Assembly: GCA_965205485.1 (NCBI GenBank)
Contig: OZ242180.1
Span: forward strand, 2,383,422-2,447,421
DNA from: Candidatus Latescibacterota bacterium
GTDB taxonomy: Bacteria > Latescibacterota > UBA2968 > GCA-2709665
Length of the DNA stretch: 64,000 nt
Direction of reading: 5' to 3'
The notes below the pieces were generated by a model. That model was not told where the DNA came from, did not search any database, and worked only from the letters and a program-made list of their open reading frames with translations. The translations under genes and the position numbers were made by a program. Positions 47,504-58,507 of this stretch are shown in pieces (position 1 is the first letter of the stretch; each line of letters starts with the position of its first letter).

Positions 47504-48786
47504 GGCGGGTTCGGCCCGTTGTCCAGAAAGTCAGGAATCACCTCGTTTTCCGTGATCTGGTCCAGTGTCTGTCGTTTCCTGATCCGGTGCAGCGTGCCAT
47601 CCGGGGCCTGCAGCACCTCGGCGGCCTCCGGAAAGGAGTTGTAGTTCTTCGATGCCATGCCGGAACAGTACGCGCCGGATCCGCCCACCGCCAGCAGATC
47701 GCCCATCCTCGCCTCGGCGAGAAGCCGGGGTTTCAATCCTTCCGGATCTCCCGGCGCAGGGGTCAACACGTCTCCGCTCTCACAGCAATGGCCGGCAATC
47801 AGATATTCCCTCAGTGGCCGCGTCTCCGGCTGCGCGGGCACGGTCACAATCGGGTGCTGTGCGCCATAGAGGCTGATGCGCAATAGCTCGGTCATTCCCG
47901 CGTCTGCCTTCAGGAACTCGTACCCGTTCCTGCCGGTATCCACGCAATCGATGACCGAACAGATCAGCGCGCCAGCGTTGGCCACCAGAAAGGTGCCCGG
48001 CTCGACCTCCAGCCGCAGCTTGCGCCCATGTTCGGTTCCAAAGGCCCGGAACGCTTCGGTTACATGCATTCCGATCCGATTCAGGTCGGTAGATGCCTCC
48101 CCTGCCATACGCCCTACCTTAAACCCGCCCCCGAGGCTCAGCACCTCCACCTCCGGCAGTAGTGCAGCGATCCGCAGAGAAATCATCGCGCAGTGCTCCC
48201 AGACCTCGGGATCGCTGCCCGAACCGATGTGGGTATGCATACTCGAAATCTTCAGATTGCAGGCTCCGGCAATGGCGAGTACCTGGTCCAGATACTCGTG
48301 CCAGATCCCGAAACTTGCGGATGGGCCACCCACGTTGGTCTTTTTGCTGTGCCCCGATCCCAGACCGGGGTTGATTCGTACCGTTACGGAATGGCCCGGA
48401 AACAGGTCGCCGAAGTGCCTCAGTTGCTGCAGCGAACAGGCATTGAATATGACGCCCTGTCTCACCAGGAACTCCAGATTCGGGGGCGTACGCTGTGCGG
48501 TGAGCTGGATCTGGTCCGGAGAAACGCCGGCCCGGATGGCGCGCTCCACTTCGTATCCGCTGCTGGCATCGATGTGCAGGCCCGCCCGGTTCAGGATTCT
48601 GACGACCGCCGCCGTTGGCAAGGCCTTCATCGCGTATCGGGCGGTCAATCCGTACGCATTTGGGAAATCCAGGACCTCCCTTGCACGAGCCTCGAGCGTT
48701 TCCTGGTCATAGACGAAAACAGGCGTGCCAAACCGGCGCCGGATCTCCCGGATGTTGTCTTCGGTCAGGAACGCAAGCTGTTCCAT
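47488..48786 (-). CDS. lysA: Diaminopimelate decarboxylase
   Basis: TPVFVYD, YAMKA, DASSGYE, HTHIGS, SLGGG, EPG.FLV, HCCESGD, GAYC...NYNS. Confidence 0.92.
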   Translation of the reverse strand: MEQLAFLTEDNIREIRRRFGTPVFVYDQETLEARAREVLDFPNAYGLTARYAMKALPTAAVVRILNRAGLHIDASSGYEVERAIRAGVSPDQIQLTAQRTPPNLEFLVRQGVIFNACSLQQLRHFGDLFPGHSVTVRINPGLGSGHSKKTNVGGPSASFGIWHEYLDQVLAIAGACNLKISSMHTHIGSGSDPEVWEHCAMISLRIAALLPEVEVLSLGGGFKVGRMAGEASTDLNRIGMHVTEAFRAFGTEHGRKLRLEVEPGTFLVANAGALICSVIDCVDTGRNGYEFLKADAGMTELLRISLYGAQHPIVTVPAQPETRPLREYLIAGHCCESGDVLTPAPGDPEGLKPRLLAEARMGDLLAVGGSGAYCSGMASKNYNSFPEAAEVLQAPDGTLHRIRKRQTLDQITENEVIPDFLDNGPNPPYSDT

Positions 48787-48969
48787 GGTCCCTCCGTGTG
48801 GTTCATGAATTCAGATTTCGGCTTGACTCATTTTCCGAAAAACGGAATATTCATTACGCAATCGACAACCGGCAGCGCCGTCCGTTTCCTGTACAAAGGA
48901 AAAGCCGTGCGCCAGAAACACCGCAGCGCACGGCCCGAATTGTCGCAGCCCGCCGTCCGGCTTCAACAC

Positions 48970-49055
48970 TGGTGCGGAAGGGGGGACTCGAACCCCCACG
49001 GGCAATGCCCACCAGATCCTAAATCTGACGTGTCTGCCAATTCCACCACTTCCGC
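48970..49055 (-). tRNA. tRNA-Leu (anticodon TAG)
   Basis: GCGGAAGTGGTGGAATTGGCAGACAC...TCAGA-TTTAGGA-TCTGG, long variable arm, GGTTCGAGTCC, 3' CCA encoded. Confidence 0.96.
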
Positions 49056-49350
49056 AATAATGGTCATGAATTAAGGGTCCACGAGCCCCTGACATGCGAG
49101 TCAGATCCAACTCGCGCGCCGTTGCAGGAATAACACCTGAAATAACGCGAATAATACGGAAAAGTCAACTGCAAATGTCTCCTGCGGAAGCCTTGAGTAT
49201 GCCCGCAAGGCGCGGTACGAGTCGTGATCGCGAGGCCAGTCCCTCACGGCGCAAAACCGTGCGGGCGACGGTCCTTCCTCTGATTGACAGGTGTTATTCA
49301 CGCCAGAAATCCTCCCGGGAATTCGTGGGAACGGACGGCAAAAACGGAAT

Positions 49351-51723
49351 ATGAGCTCGATACATCCAGAGCCGGCACTTGGTATCCGGAAGGCGTACCA
49401 CCGGGTTTCCGGCACCCTCTTTTTCCTGTTGCTTTTCCTGGTCAACACGGCCCATGCGCAAATGGAGCCGGAGCCGCTTACCGTCCAACGCGACGCGTCG
49501 GCGCAGGACTCCCTGCTCTATGAATACGCGGCCGACCGGGTCGAGGATGATGTCGCGGCAGGACGGGTTGTCTTCACGGGTAACGTCGTCCTCAAGTATC
49601 AGGACGTAGAGCTGCGCGCCGGGCGAATCGTCCTCCATAGAAAGGCGAAACGGCTGGAAGCCGAGGGGCTGCCGGATTCCACGGGACGGAAGACCATTGG
49701 CGTGCCCGAGTTTGTCCGAGGGGCGGAGCGATTCACAGGCTCGTCAATGGTTTACAACCTGGAAACCGGGCGCGGGCGCGTGAAGGGTGGCCGGGCGCGT
49801 CACGGCAGGCGTTATTACAAGGGCGAGCAGATCCTCCTGGACCGGCAGCAGGAACTTCACGCCCTTGCGATATCCATGTCCTCGTGCGACAGGGACCACA
49901 CCCATTACGACTTCGTGTGCCGTGCGCTGAAGGTGGTTCAGGACGACAAGGCCATCGCCCGCTCCGTTACGTTTCGCGTGGGTCCCGTACCGGTGATGTG
50001 GCTCCCGTTCTACGTGTTTCCGCTCACGCAGGGCAGGCGCTCCGGCATTCTGACGCCGCGGATCGGCAGCAACAGCCGCGACGGCATAAACATAAGCAAC
50101 ATCGGTTATTACTGGGCGCCCAGCGACTACTGGGATGCCACGTTGAAGACGGCCATTCGGGAACGCAACGGTTTTCTCATTGACGCAGGGTTCGACTACG
50201 CGGTGCGAAGAAGACTCAGCGGATATGTGAATCTGTCCTTTGAACGCGGGCGACAGCCTTCGGGCGATTCACGCCGCGACTGGCGTTTGAACTTTCACCA
50301 CCAGCACCGGCTGAACCCGACGCTCAACATGAGGGCCAGGGGGGACTTTACGAACAGCTCCAACTTCGACCTTCACAATTCCAGCAACCTCTATCGGTAC
50401 CTGAACCGGCAACTCCGGTCGTCTTTTTCCATGGACAAGCGCTGGACGGAAGCCAGGCGAAGCATGGATGTCAATCTCAATTACTACCGGGACCTCGACA
50501 AGAACCAGAACCGGTTTCAGGGTTTCCCCCGTCTCTCGTTCCGTCAGGGCAGGCGTCGCATTTTCGGTCAGCCTGAATCAACCCGGGACGCCCTCTGGTA
50601 CCACGCTTTCTATTACGACGCTTCCGCGGGTCTCACGAATGCCTTCACGCGCAACGAGGACGGGGACGACAACACGCACAATCTGTCGCTCAACGCCAGG
50701 CTGGGGGCCAGCAGCCAGCACAAGCCCTTCGGGTGGCTGGATCTCACGCAACGGTTCAACATCAGTCAGAACTCCTCGCGCCCGAACGCGAACACGCGGA
50801 CGCGCCGTGAGTCTTACAACGCCAGCCTGGCCGCCGGCACCGCGCTCTATGGTATCTTCAAGCCGCAGATCGGACGGCTGAGAGGGTTCCGCCACCGGTT
50901 TCAGCCCCAGATCGACCTCAGGTATTACCAGACCGCCAGGGTCGATGGCGCAACCCTGGGCTTTCACGGCCGCCGGGACTGGAATGATCCCAGGCGCACC
51001 CTTAACCTGCGGCTCAATAACACGCTCGAAATCAAGACCGAAATGGACGGCAAAGAACGCCGGTCCACACTCGCAACGGCCAGTTTCTCAACGGGATACG
51101 ATTTCGACGCCAATCCATTGCGTCGATGGCGCGATCTGCGGACCTCAGCGTCGATAAAGCCCGCACGCCGGATCGACGTTCGACTCAACATGGGCCACAC
51201 GTTCTACGACGCATCGGGACGTCTGAACCTGTATCACCCGCGCCTGCGCAGCCTCAGCGTCAACACCAGTCTTCGCTTCAGCGGACGATCCGATCGGAGG
51301 TCGGACCCGATCCGAGACGACAGATCCATGCTTCCGGGCTCGGGGACAGGATTTAACTTCGAAGACGACATCTACCGTGACTTCGGAGACGCCACCCAGC
51401 CGTGGCATTTCAACGTGGGACACTATTTCAGCTATCGGGAGTCTTTCTCCGTGGGCTTCGGATCATCGAAGCGCTCGTGGGTAAAAGCGGACCTGGCGTT
51501 GAATCCCACGCGCGCCTGGCGCTTCAACTATTCCGTCAACTTCGATGTGATAAACACCCGGCTGATTTCCCAGACGCTTTACGTTTACAGGGACCTGCAC
51601 TGCTGGCAGGCCACGTTCAGCTGGTATCCCACGGGATTCAACAAGGGCTTTCACTTCAAACTCCATATCAAGGAATTCCCGCAGATAAAGGTTGAACATC
51701 GCAGGGGAGGTTACGGGCTATGA
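49351..51723 (+). CDS. lptD: LPS-assembly protein LptD (OstA-like)
   Basis: N-terminal OstA-like jellyroll, WLPFYVFP..GRRSGILTP, GYYWAPSDYWD, YRDLHCW. Start uncertain. Confidence 0.8.
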   Translation: MSSIHPEPALGIRKAYHRVSGTLFFLLLFLVNTAHAQMEPEPLTVQRDASAQDSLLYEYAADRVEDDVAAGRVVFTGNVVLKYQDVELRAGRIVLHRKAKRLEAEGLPDSTGRKTIGVPEFVRGAERFTGSSMVYNLETGRGRVKGGRARHGRRYYKGEQILLDRQQELHALAISMSSCDRDHTHYDFVCRALKVVQDDKAIARSVTFRVGPVPVMWLPFYVFPLTQGRRSGILTPRIGSNSRDGINISNIGYYWAPSDYWDATLKTAIRERNGFLIDAGFDYAVRRRLSGYVNLSFERGRQPSGDSRRDWRLNFHHQHRLNPTLNMRARGDFTNSSNFDLHNSSNLYRYLNRQLRSSFSMDKRWTEARRSMDVNLNYYRDLDKNQNRFQGFPRLSFRQGRRRIFGQPESTRDALWYHAFYYDASAGLTNAFTRNEDGDDNTHNLSLNARLGASSQHKPFGWLDLTQRFNISQNSSRPNANTRTRRESYNASLAAGTALYGIFKPQIGRLRGFRHRFQPQIDLRYYQTARVDGATLGFHGRRDWNDPRRTLNLRLNNTLEIKTEMDGKERRSTLATASFSTGYDFDANPLRRWRDLRTSASIKPARRIDVRLNMGHTFYDASGRLNLYHPRLRSLSVNTSLRFSGRSDRRSDPIRDDRSMLPGSGTGFNFEDDIYRDFGDATQPWHFNVGHYFSYRESFSVGFGSSKRSWVKADLALNPTRAWRFNYSVNFDVINTRLISQTLYVYRDLHCWQATFSWYPTGFNKGFHFKLHIKEFPQIKVEHRRGGYGL

Positions 51724-51937
51724 GCACTGCCGTGAAAAAACGGTGTCCTGTCTCTCAGTTCCGGCGTCCGGTCCCCGGTTTCGCGGCCCGTTGTTTCGCT
51801 TGCCTCGCCCTGGTGAATCGGCTAAATTAGGATTGGCATGTTGTGATGCGCCTCATGCCGGATATCTCCGCCGCAACCCAATGTATCGTGGCTGCGCGCC
51901 CCTTTTTGGTGGCGTTCATTGACTTTCAGGAACCAGG

Positions 51938-52375
51938 GTGCGTGCGCTTGTACAACGGGTCAGCCGTTCCGCGGTTTTCATCAACGGGGAGCTCACCGCT
52001 GAAATCGGCCGGGGGATGTTGATACTTCTGGGCGTCGGACGGGAGGACACACCCGAAAACATCCAGTACGTGGCCGGCAAATGCATCCACCTGCGGATAT
52101 TTGAAGACGAACAGGGCAGGATGAACCGTTCCCTCGCAGAAATCGGGGGGCAGGTTCTGGTCGTCTCGCAATTCACGCTCTATGGCGATACCCGGAAGGG
52201 CCGCCGTCCCGGCTATTCGGGCGCCGCTCCACCAGAGATGGCCGAGGCGTACTATAGCGAATTCGTGGATGCGCTGCGAAGCCAGGGTGTGTCGGTGCGG
52301 ACCGGGCAGTTCGGCGCCAATATGCAGGTTGAAATTCACAACGACGGCCCCGTTACCCTGATGGTTGAGTCGTAG
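51938..52375 (+). CDS. dtd: D-aminoacyl-tRNA deacylase
   Basis: MRALVQRV, LRIFED..G.MN, SQFTL, KGRRP, NDGPVT. Confidence 0.96.
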   Translation: MRALVQRVSRSAVFINGELTAEIGRGMLILLGVGREDTPENIQYVAGKCIHLRIFEDEQGRMNRSLAEIGGQVLVVSQFTLYGDTRKGRRPGYSGAAPPEMAEAYYSEFVDALRSQGVSVRTGQFGANMQVEIHNDGPVTLMVES

Positions 52376-52420
52376 GGATTTTCGCCGCCGCGCAGTCGTA
52401 TCAGGCAACACCTTCCCGCC

Positions 52421-53026
52421 ATGAAAAAACTCATCCTGGCCTCCGCATCACCGAGGCGGTCCGACCTGTTGCGCCTGCTCGGCCTGTCCTTCGACGTGGT
52501 GCCGAGCCATGTTTCGGAAACCCTGGACAGATCGATTCCACCCGCGGACTACGTGCAGGAAATCTCCGGCCGAAAGGCGCGGGCGGTTGCCGCGAGGTTC
52601 AACGGGGAGATCGTAATTGGCGCGGATACCGTGGTCGTGGCGGACGGCGACATTCTGGAAAAGCCGGCGGGTGAAGACGAGGCAGTCCGCATGCTGAGCA
52701 GACTTTCGGGAAAGACGCACCGCGTGTATACCGGCCTGACGTTGATCGACTCCGGAACCGGGCGCTCTCTTCGGGACGTGGCGGTGACGGATGTCGCCAT
52801 GAGACCGCTCACGCCGGAGGAAATTCACCTGTACGTGCAGTCAGGCGAACCTATGGACAAGGCGGGCGCATATGCGGTTCAGGGCAGGGCAGCCGCGTTC
52901 GTCCATTCGATCTCCGGATGTTTCTACAATGTTGTCGGGTTGCCGATTTCACTTTTCTGCTCACTCCTCGAACGCCTGGCGGGTCAGTCGTCGTTGATGG
53001 TTGCCGCCGGGCATTGCAAAGACTGA
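52421..53026 (+). CDS. maf: Maf family nucleotide pyrophosphatase
   Basis: LILASASPRR, IGADTVV, EPMDKAGAY, NVVGLP. Confidence 0.95.
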   Translation: MKKLILASASPRRSDLLRLLGLSFDVVPSHVSETLDRSIPPADYVQEISGRKARAVAARFNGEIVIGADTVVVADGDILEKPAGEDEAVRMLSRLSGKTHRVYTGLTLIDSGTGRSLRDVAVTDVAMRPLTPEEIHLYVQSGEPMDKAGAYAVQGRAAAFVHSISGCFYNVVGLPISLFCSLLERLAGQSSLMVAAGHCKD

Positions 53027-53040
53027 TTCCGGAGCCTTGA

Positions 53041-53943
53041 ATGCAGGAATTCGCATCAGAGTTACGGGCACAACGCGAATCCAGCGGTATGTCCCTCGAA
53101 GAATTATTCGAACGGACGCGGATCAACCCCGATTATCTCCGCGCGATCGAGTCCGGCAATTACGACGTCCTTCCTGAAATCTACGTTCGCCTGTTTATCA
53201 AGAAATACGCGCAGGAAGTAGGCCTGGATGTGGAGGAAACGCTGGCCAAATACGAAAAAAACAGACCGGTCACGGTGACCGCTCAACGCGTTGCGAGCAG
53301 GGCGCGGGAACGCTCGCTGCCTGTGGGCCGCATCCTGGGAATTCTAAGCGTACTGGCACTTATTGCCGTAATCTCAGGCGTGTACCTTCGGCGTGACTCG
53401 ACGTCTGTGACGTCCGCATCGACGGGGGCGCCGGTGTCAGAAAACGCAGCTCCATCGGCAGATTCCGGTCCGGAGCCTTCCGCAACGCCGGATCCCGCGG
53501 ATCCTCCTGCTGAACCCGAAAGCCCCCCGGAGCCAGCGGTTGCCGACTCCCCGCGTTCTGCGCCCCGCGAACCGGATATCGCCGTGAACCGGGAGCCGGG
53601 CGAGCGGGTGGTGTCGGCCTATTCGCTTCCGCAGCAGTACTCGGGCATCTGGGAAGACGAGATCGTGCTGCGCATTGATGCGCTCATGGACACCCGCGTT
53701 CTGGTATTCAGCGACGGTGATTCCACCTTTGATAACCGCCTGCTTTCCGGCACACAGCGGAAGTGGACCGCTCTCAATGGGTTCCGAGTGGAAATTGAAG
53801 ATCCCTCCGCAGTCTCCCTATTCCTGCAGGACAAGCCTGTTTCCCTCTCTGCAGAAACCGGACTGAAGCGCCGGCTCTTCATTTCCCGACACAATGTCTG
53901 GGTTGAAGAGATCGAATCCGTGTTGCCGCCACCCGTGCGTTGA
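53041..53943 (+). CDS. rodZ: RodZ-like HTH membrane protein
   Basis: LRAQRE..GMSLEE..TRI...YLRAIE.G, YVRLFIKKYA..VGLD, TM segment, Pro-rich linker. Confidence 0.75.
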   Translation: MQEFASELRAQRESSGMSLEELFERTRINPDYLRAIESGNYDVLPEIYVRLFIKKYAQEVGLDVEETLAKYEKNRPVTVTAQRVASRARERSLPVGRILGILSVLALIAVISGVYLRRDSTSVTSASTGAPVSENAAPSADSGPEPSATPDPADPPAEPESPPEPAVADSPRSAPREPDIAVNREPGERVVSAYSLPQQYSGIWEDEIVLRIDALMDTRVLVFSDGDSTFDNRLLSGTQRKWTALNGFRVEIEDPSAVSLFLQDKPVSLSAETGLKRRLFISRHNVWVEEIESVLPPPVR

Positions 53944-53949
53944 TCCGCA

Positions 53950-56376
53950 ATGGATTTCAACTACGCGCAAATTGTCCCCCTCGCCACGCCAATCGACCGG
54001 GAAATGACCTATCGGGTTCCCGATGACCTCAAGCGCCGGATTCACATTGGAAGCAGGGCGCTCGTTCCGCTGGGGCCCAGGTGGACGACCGGCATCGTCG
54101 TCGATTTTCAGGACGGGACCGACCTGGAAGACGTCAAGTCGATAGGCATCCTGCTGGACGCCTATCCAGTCGTCTCTCAGAACCTCCTCGATCTGTGCCG
54201 ATGGATGGCAGCCTACTATGTCTGCACGCTGTCCGAAGTGCTTACGGCCGCGCTTCCCGCCGGAATTCATACGCACAGTGGACAGCGAATTGTCGTTACC
54301 TCGTCCAATGGCGCAGATCCCGGACCGATAACCCCCTTTCAGCGACAGGTCCTCGACCACCTGAAATCTCGCGGCCCGTCCAGGCTCAGCCAACTGCAGC
54401 GCCGCCTGCGCGGCAACGGTGTGCGCGGTGCCGTATACGGACTGATTCGAAGGGGTCTGCTGACAACCCGTCAGACAATTGAAGACCCCCGCGTCAAGCC
54501 CATGCAGGAGCGCATGGTTAAACTGGTGCCCGATGCCCGGTGGTTCGAAGTGGAGTGGTCCGCACTGGAGCGCCGGGCGCCCCGGCAGGCGGAATGTCTC
54601 AGGCGCATCCGGGCAGGCGGCGGCGTCATGCCTGCCGCGGCGCTGACCCGCGCGGGAATCGGATCCCACATCCTCAAGGCGCTTGCGGACCGACGACTGG
54701 TTCGAATCTACCACCGGGAGGTGCGCAGGGACCCGTACGCTGAAGTCGAGTCCACGGCCCCTGAGCGGCTCACGCTCACCGACCATCAGCGGCGCGCTTT
54801 GGAGCAAATCCGGGATTCGCTCAACCCTCCCAGGTACAATTCCTTTCTCCTGCACGGGGTTACCGGAAGCGGTAAAACGCTGGTCTACATCCGGGCTGTC
54901 GACCGCGTTTTGAAGTACGGACTTGGCGCGTTGATTCTGGTGCCCGAGATTTCGCTCACGCCTCAAACGGTACGCCGCTTCAGATCCCATTTCGGCAACC
55001 GGGTTGCCGTCATTCACAGCGCACTGTCGGAAAGCGAGCGCTACGATGCCTGGCGTGACGTCCGCGAGGGCCGGCGGACCATTGTCATCGGCGCTCGTTC
55101 GGCGGTGTTTGCGCCGGTATCGAACCTGGGCCTCATCGTTGTGGACGAAGAACACGACAGCGCATACAAACAGGCGGATCCGGCGCCCCGGTACAACGCG
55201 CGCGACGTCGCGGTAATGCGCGCGAACATGGAGAATATCCCCATAGTACTGGGCTCGGCCACGCCCGCGCTCGAGTCCTATCACAACGTCGACACGGAAA
55301 AATTCCGTCTGCTCCCGCTGCCGGAACGGATAGATTCCCGCCCGCTGCCCGAAGTCACCCTGGTGGATATGAGGAAGGAAAGCGGCCTTTTTTCTAGGGT
55401 CTTGCGGGAAAAGCTAAAGGACCGTCTTGAGAAGAAAGAGCGGGTCATCCTGCTGCAGAACCGCAGAGGTTACGCGCCCTACGTGCAGTGCATGGATTGT
55501 GGCGACAGTTTACAATGCCCGAACTGCCGGGTCACGCTCACGTACCACGCCCAGGGCAGTCGAATGGTGTGTCACTACTGCGCATACGATACCCCGGCGC
55601 CGTCCGCATGCCGCGCCTGTGAGGGAACTCATCTCAAGCTGCTCGGAGTGGGCACGCAACGCGTGGAAGAAGCCCTCAACGAACAATTTTCCGGGATGCG
55701 CCTGCTCCGCATGGACGTCGATACGACCCGCCGGAAAGGGGCGCACGACCGAATCCTCGAATCCTTCAGGAAGGGGCGGGCGGACGTCCTGCTGGGCACG
55801 CAGATGGTGGCCAAGGGCCTGGATTTTCCCGGGGTCACCCTCGTTGGGGTCATTTCTGCCGATACCGGCATCCATCTACCCGATTTCAGGGCAGGAGAAC
55901 GCACGTTCCAGTTGCTTACGCAGGTGAGCGGCCGGGCCGGACGCGGGCATACTCCCGGCGAGGTCGTCGTACAGACATACTTGCCGGAAGGCGAAGCCGT
56001 GCAGTGCGCGCGGAACCACGATTTCAAGCGATTTGCCGAACTTGAACTCGAGGGACGACGGAGCGTACTGTATCCTCCGTACGGCCGTATGGCCCTGCTG
56101 CTTTTTAAAGGAAGACATGAGCATGATGTTGCCCGTACCGCGGGGTTGTGCGCCGAGGCACTGCGTGCAATGGCGCTGCCGCACGTTGACGTCATGGGAC
56201 CGGCGCAGGCGCCGCTTGCGCGTATCCGAAGGAACTTCCGGTGGCAGGTCGTGCTTAAAACACCTTCATCCAGACACCTGAACGCCCTCGCCCGCCGCGC
56301 CATGCGCGAATACGGTCGCAGGCGCCGCGCCGCCGTGACGCTGGACGTGGACATCGACCCGGTATCCTTGCTGTAG
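53950..56376 (+). CDS. priA: Primosomal protein N' (replication restart helicase)
   Basis: GVTGSGKT, LVPEISLTPQ, DEEH, SATP, four CxxC pairs, GTQMVAKGLDF, DVDIDP. Confidence 0.97.
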   Translation: MDFNYAQIVPLATPIDREMTYRVPDDLKRRIHIGSRALVPLGPRWTTGIVVDFQDGTDLEDVKSIGILLDAYPVVSQNLLDLCRWMAAYYVCTLSEVLTAALPAGIHTHSGQRIVVTSSNGADPGPITPFQRQVLDHLKSRGPSRLSQLQRRLRGNGVRGAVYGLIRRGLLTTRQTIEDPRVKPMQERMVKLVPDARWFEVEWSALERRAPRQAECLRRIRAGGGVMPAAALTRAGIGSHILKALADRRLVRIYHREVRRDPYAEVESTAPERLTLTDHQRRALEQIRDSLNPPRYNSFLLHGVTGSGKTLVYIRAVDRVLKYGLGALILVPEISLTPQTVRRFRSHFGNRVAVIHSALSESERYDAWRDVREGRRTIVIGARSAVFAPVSNLGLIVVDEEHDSAYKQADPAPRYNARDVAVMRANMENIPIVLGSATPALESYHNVDTEKFRLLPLPERIDSRPLPEVTLVDMRKESGLFSRVLREKLKDRLEKKERVILLQNRRGYAPYVQCMDCGDSLQCPNCRVTLTYHAQGSRMVCHYCAYDTPAPSACRACEGTHLKLLGVGTQRVEEALNEQFSGMRLLRMDVDTTRRKGAHDRILESFRKGRADVLLGTQMVAKGLDFPGVTLVGVISADTGIHLPDFRAGERTFQLLTQVSGRAGRGHTPGEVVVQTYLPEGEAVQCARNHDFKRFAELELEGRRSVLYPPYGRMALLLFKGRHEHDVARTAGLCAEALRAMALPHVDVMGPAQAPLARIRRNFRWQVVLKTPSSRHLNALARRAMREYGRRRRAAVTLDVDIDPVSLL

Positions 56377-56471
56377 ACGACCCAGCCAACCGACGCCGCG
56401 CGACGTTGGCGGGGCCCGGAGTTGCGGCCGTCCTGCTCTTATCTCACTAGAGGGATGACCGCGTATCACCC

Positions 56472-57983
56472 ATGCGCTTCCGACACGTCAAATCGCTCGC
56501 AAGACACACTGCCGTTTACGGAGTGGGCGACCTGCTCGGAAAGGCGACCGGCATCCTTCTCGTGCCGGTTTACGCTCGCCTGCTCTCGCCATCAGAAAAC
56601 GGCGACATGGCGCTCGCGTACGCATTCGTCAGTTTCAGCGTCCTCCTGTATGCCCTGGGTCTGAACCACGCGCTCGTCCGCCACCTCTCTGTCGAGCGCG
56701 GCGCCGGCGACATACGCCTCAAGTTCAGCACGGCATACTGGACGCTTCTGGCTTCAGGCATCGTGCTGACTTTCCTGGTTTGGAATTCTGCGGCTCGCCT
56801 GGCCATCGTTTTTCTCGATTCCACGTCCTACGCCGATATCTTTCGGATTGTCTCGGTCATACTCCTGCTGGATACGCTGTCCGAGCCCTTCTTCACTTTG
56901 TGCAGGGTGCGGCAGAGGTCCGGAACCTACGCGTCGGTACGGTTCGTTCAACACACGCTGCAGCTTGGCCTCACCGTTTACCTGATCGCCTGGGAAGGGA
57001 ACGGAGTACGCGCGATTTTCTGGAGCAACCTGGTCAGCTCCGCATTTGCCTTTTTGGCGCTTTGCCCGATCGGGTTTCGCGTCCTCCGGCCCGTGTATTC
57101 GACGTCGACCCTGCGGGAACTTCTGCGTTTTGGTCTGCCCTTTGTCCCCTCTGCCGCTGCACTGCTTCTGATTAACCTTTCCGACCGGTTGCTGCTGAAG
57201 TTCTTCCTTGGAAAGGACCCCGTAGGGATCCTGCAAATCCTCTTCCGGTTCTGCCTCCCCATGCAGATGCTTACGCGTGTCTTTCGCTCCGCGTGGGCGC
57301 CGGGCGTCCTGGCCATTCCGGACAGAGCCGAGGCCCGCACCGTTGTGGCCCGGATGACCACCTACTATGCGGCGGGAGCAACCCTGCTGCTTCTGGTGCT
57401 ATCCACCTTCGCACGTGATCTCATTCTGTTGGGCTGCGGGAGCAGGGCCGCGGAATACCTGCCGGCACAGGGGGTCATTCCCATCGTAACCCTTGCTTTC
57501 CTGTTATCCGGCCTGTACATTATATTGACGGCAGGCGTGTACGCGGAGGGCCGTTCACGGATGCTGCCGCTTGTCGTGGGCGTGGGTGCGGGCGTCAACG
57601 TGGGATTCAACCTTTTGCTCATCCCGCATATGGGGGTGTTTGGCGCCGCGTGGAGTACGCTGGCCGCGTACGGGGTCATGGTGGTCTTTCTGTATTTCCA
57701 CACGCGGCGATTCTACCCGGTCGCCTACGAGTACGCCAGGCTTGCGAAGATCGGGGTCGCCGGCGGTATCGTTTTAATTGGCGTATCCGGATTTGCGCCC
57801 GATGCCAGTCCGTCCGGCATTGTCACCCGCTGCATTCTGTTGCTGGCCTATCCGTTCATTCTGTGGGGATGGAACTTCCTTGAATCCGGAGAGTGGCAGG
57901 AGATCCGGCAACTCTTCCGGCTGCCGAAACAGGCGGGTGTAAAGGCCGGGGAATCATCGGGGGGCAGGCCTGATGTTCCCTGA
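56472..57983 (+). CDS. Polysaccharide biosynthesis flippase (Wzx/MATE-like)
   Basis: Many TM helices, LVPVYARLLSP, SDRLLL, LLIP.MG.FGAA. Confidence 0.82.
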   Translation: MRFRHVKSLARHTAVYGVGDLLGKATGILLVPVYARLLSPSENGDMALAYAFVSFSVLLYALGLNHALVRHLSVERGAGDIRLKFSTAYWTLLASGIVLTFLVWNSAARLAIVFLDSTSYADIFRIVSVILLLDTLSEPFFTLCRVRQRSGTYASVRFVQHTLQLGLTVYLIAWEGNGVRAIFWSNLVSSAFAFLALCPIGFRVLRPVYSTSTLRELLRFGLPFVPSAAALLLINLSDRLLLKFFLGKDPVGILQILFRFCLPMQMLTRVFRSAWAPGVLAIPDRAEARTVVARMTTYYAAGATLLLLVLSTFARDLILLGCGSRAAEYLPAQGVIPIVTLAFLLSGLYIILTAGVYAEGRSRMLPLVVGVGAGVNVGFNLLLIPHMGVFGAAWSTLAAYGVMVVFLYFHTRRFYPVAYEYARLAKIGVAGGIVLIGVSGFAPDASPSGIVTRCILLLAYPFILWGWNFLESGEWQEIRQLFRLPKQAGVKAGESSGGRPDVP

Positions 57984-58018
57984 TTTCAACGCTGCGACAG
58001 AAGGAATTCAGCAAATAT

Positions 58019-58366
58019 ATGAAAATGCCGTTCAGGGCTCGACAGGCCGCAGGGAAAGTTCGCCGCTTGTTTCTGGTTCACTTCCGAAAGTCCTATGTTG
58101 CCGAGCAGGCAACGCTGCTTGCAGGCGAATGTAACCGGTGTGGCAACTGCTGCGAAATCCTGTTCAAATGCCCCTTCCTTGTCAAACAGGACGATGGATT
58201 CTCGGTCTGCAGCATCTACGAGAACCGGCCGCTCCAGTGCAATGCGTTTCCGATCGACGAGAGATGCCTTGCCGATGTGAATTTCGATTGCACGTTCAGT
58301 TTCGAAAAACAGCCCGCGTCCGTACCGGACCCGTCTAACCCGTTGCTACGGATCGAATCCGATTGA
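58019..58366 (+). CDS. YkgJ-like cysteine cluster protein
   Basis: CNRCGNCC, CPFL, CSIYENRPLQCNAFP. Confidence 0.78.
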   Translation: MKMPFRARQAAGKVRRLFLVHFRKSYVAEQATLLAGECNRCGNCCEILFKCPFLVKQDDGFSVCSIYENRPLQCNAFPIDERCLADVNFDCTFSFEKQPASVPDPSNPLLRIESD

Positions 58367-58507
58367 CCGGAATCCCGGAACTTCCTCTTTCGTGTCCCGT
58401 CTCACCGCGTTGCTTGCGCTGCTTGCGTTGAGCTTGTCGAAACGGCTTGTCGACGTGCCCTGGCCCGGCCCGAGTATCGCTGAAACGGGACGCAGTACTC
58501 AGGAAAG

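Noticed and set aside
48970-49055. tRNA-Leu as an island integration site
   Set aside because: No integrase in the window, no duplicated tRNA 3' end noticed, and housekeeping lysA lies directly downstream.
53818-55284. Long antisense ORFs (this one, 18762-20015, 21021-22346, 36540-37763, 38424-39731, 10884-12290)
   Set aside because: They are shadows of well-supported genes on the opposite strand in high-GC DNA and have no recognisable motifs.
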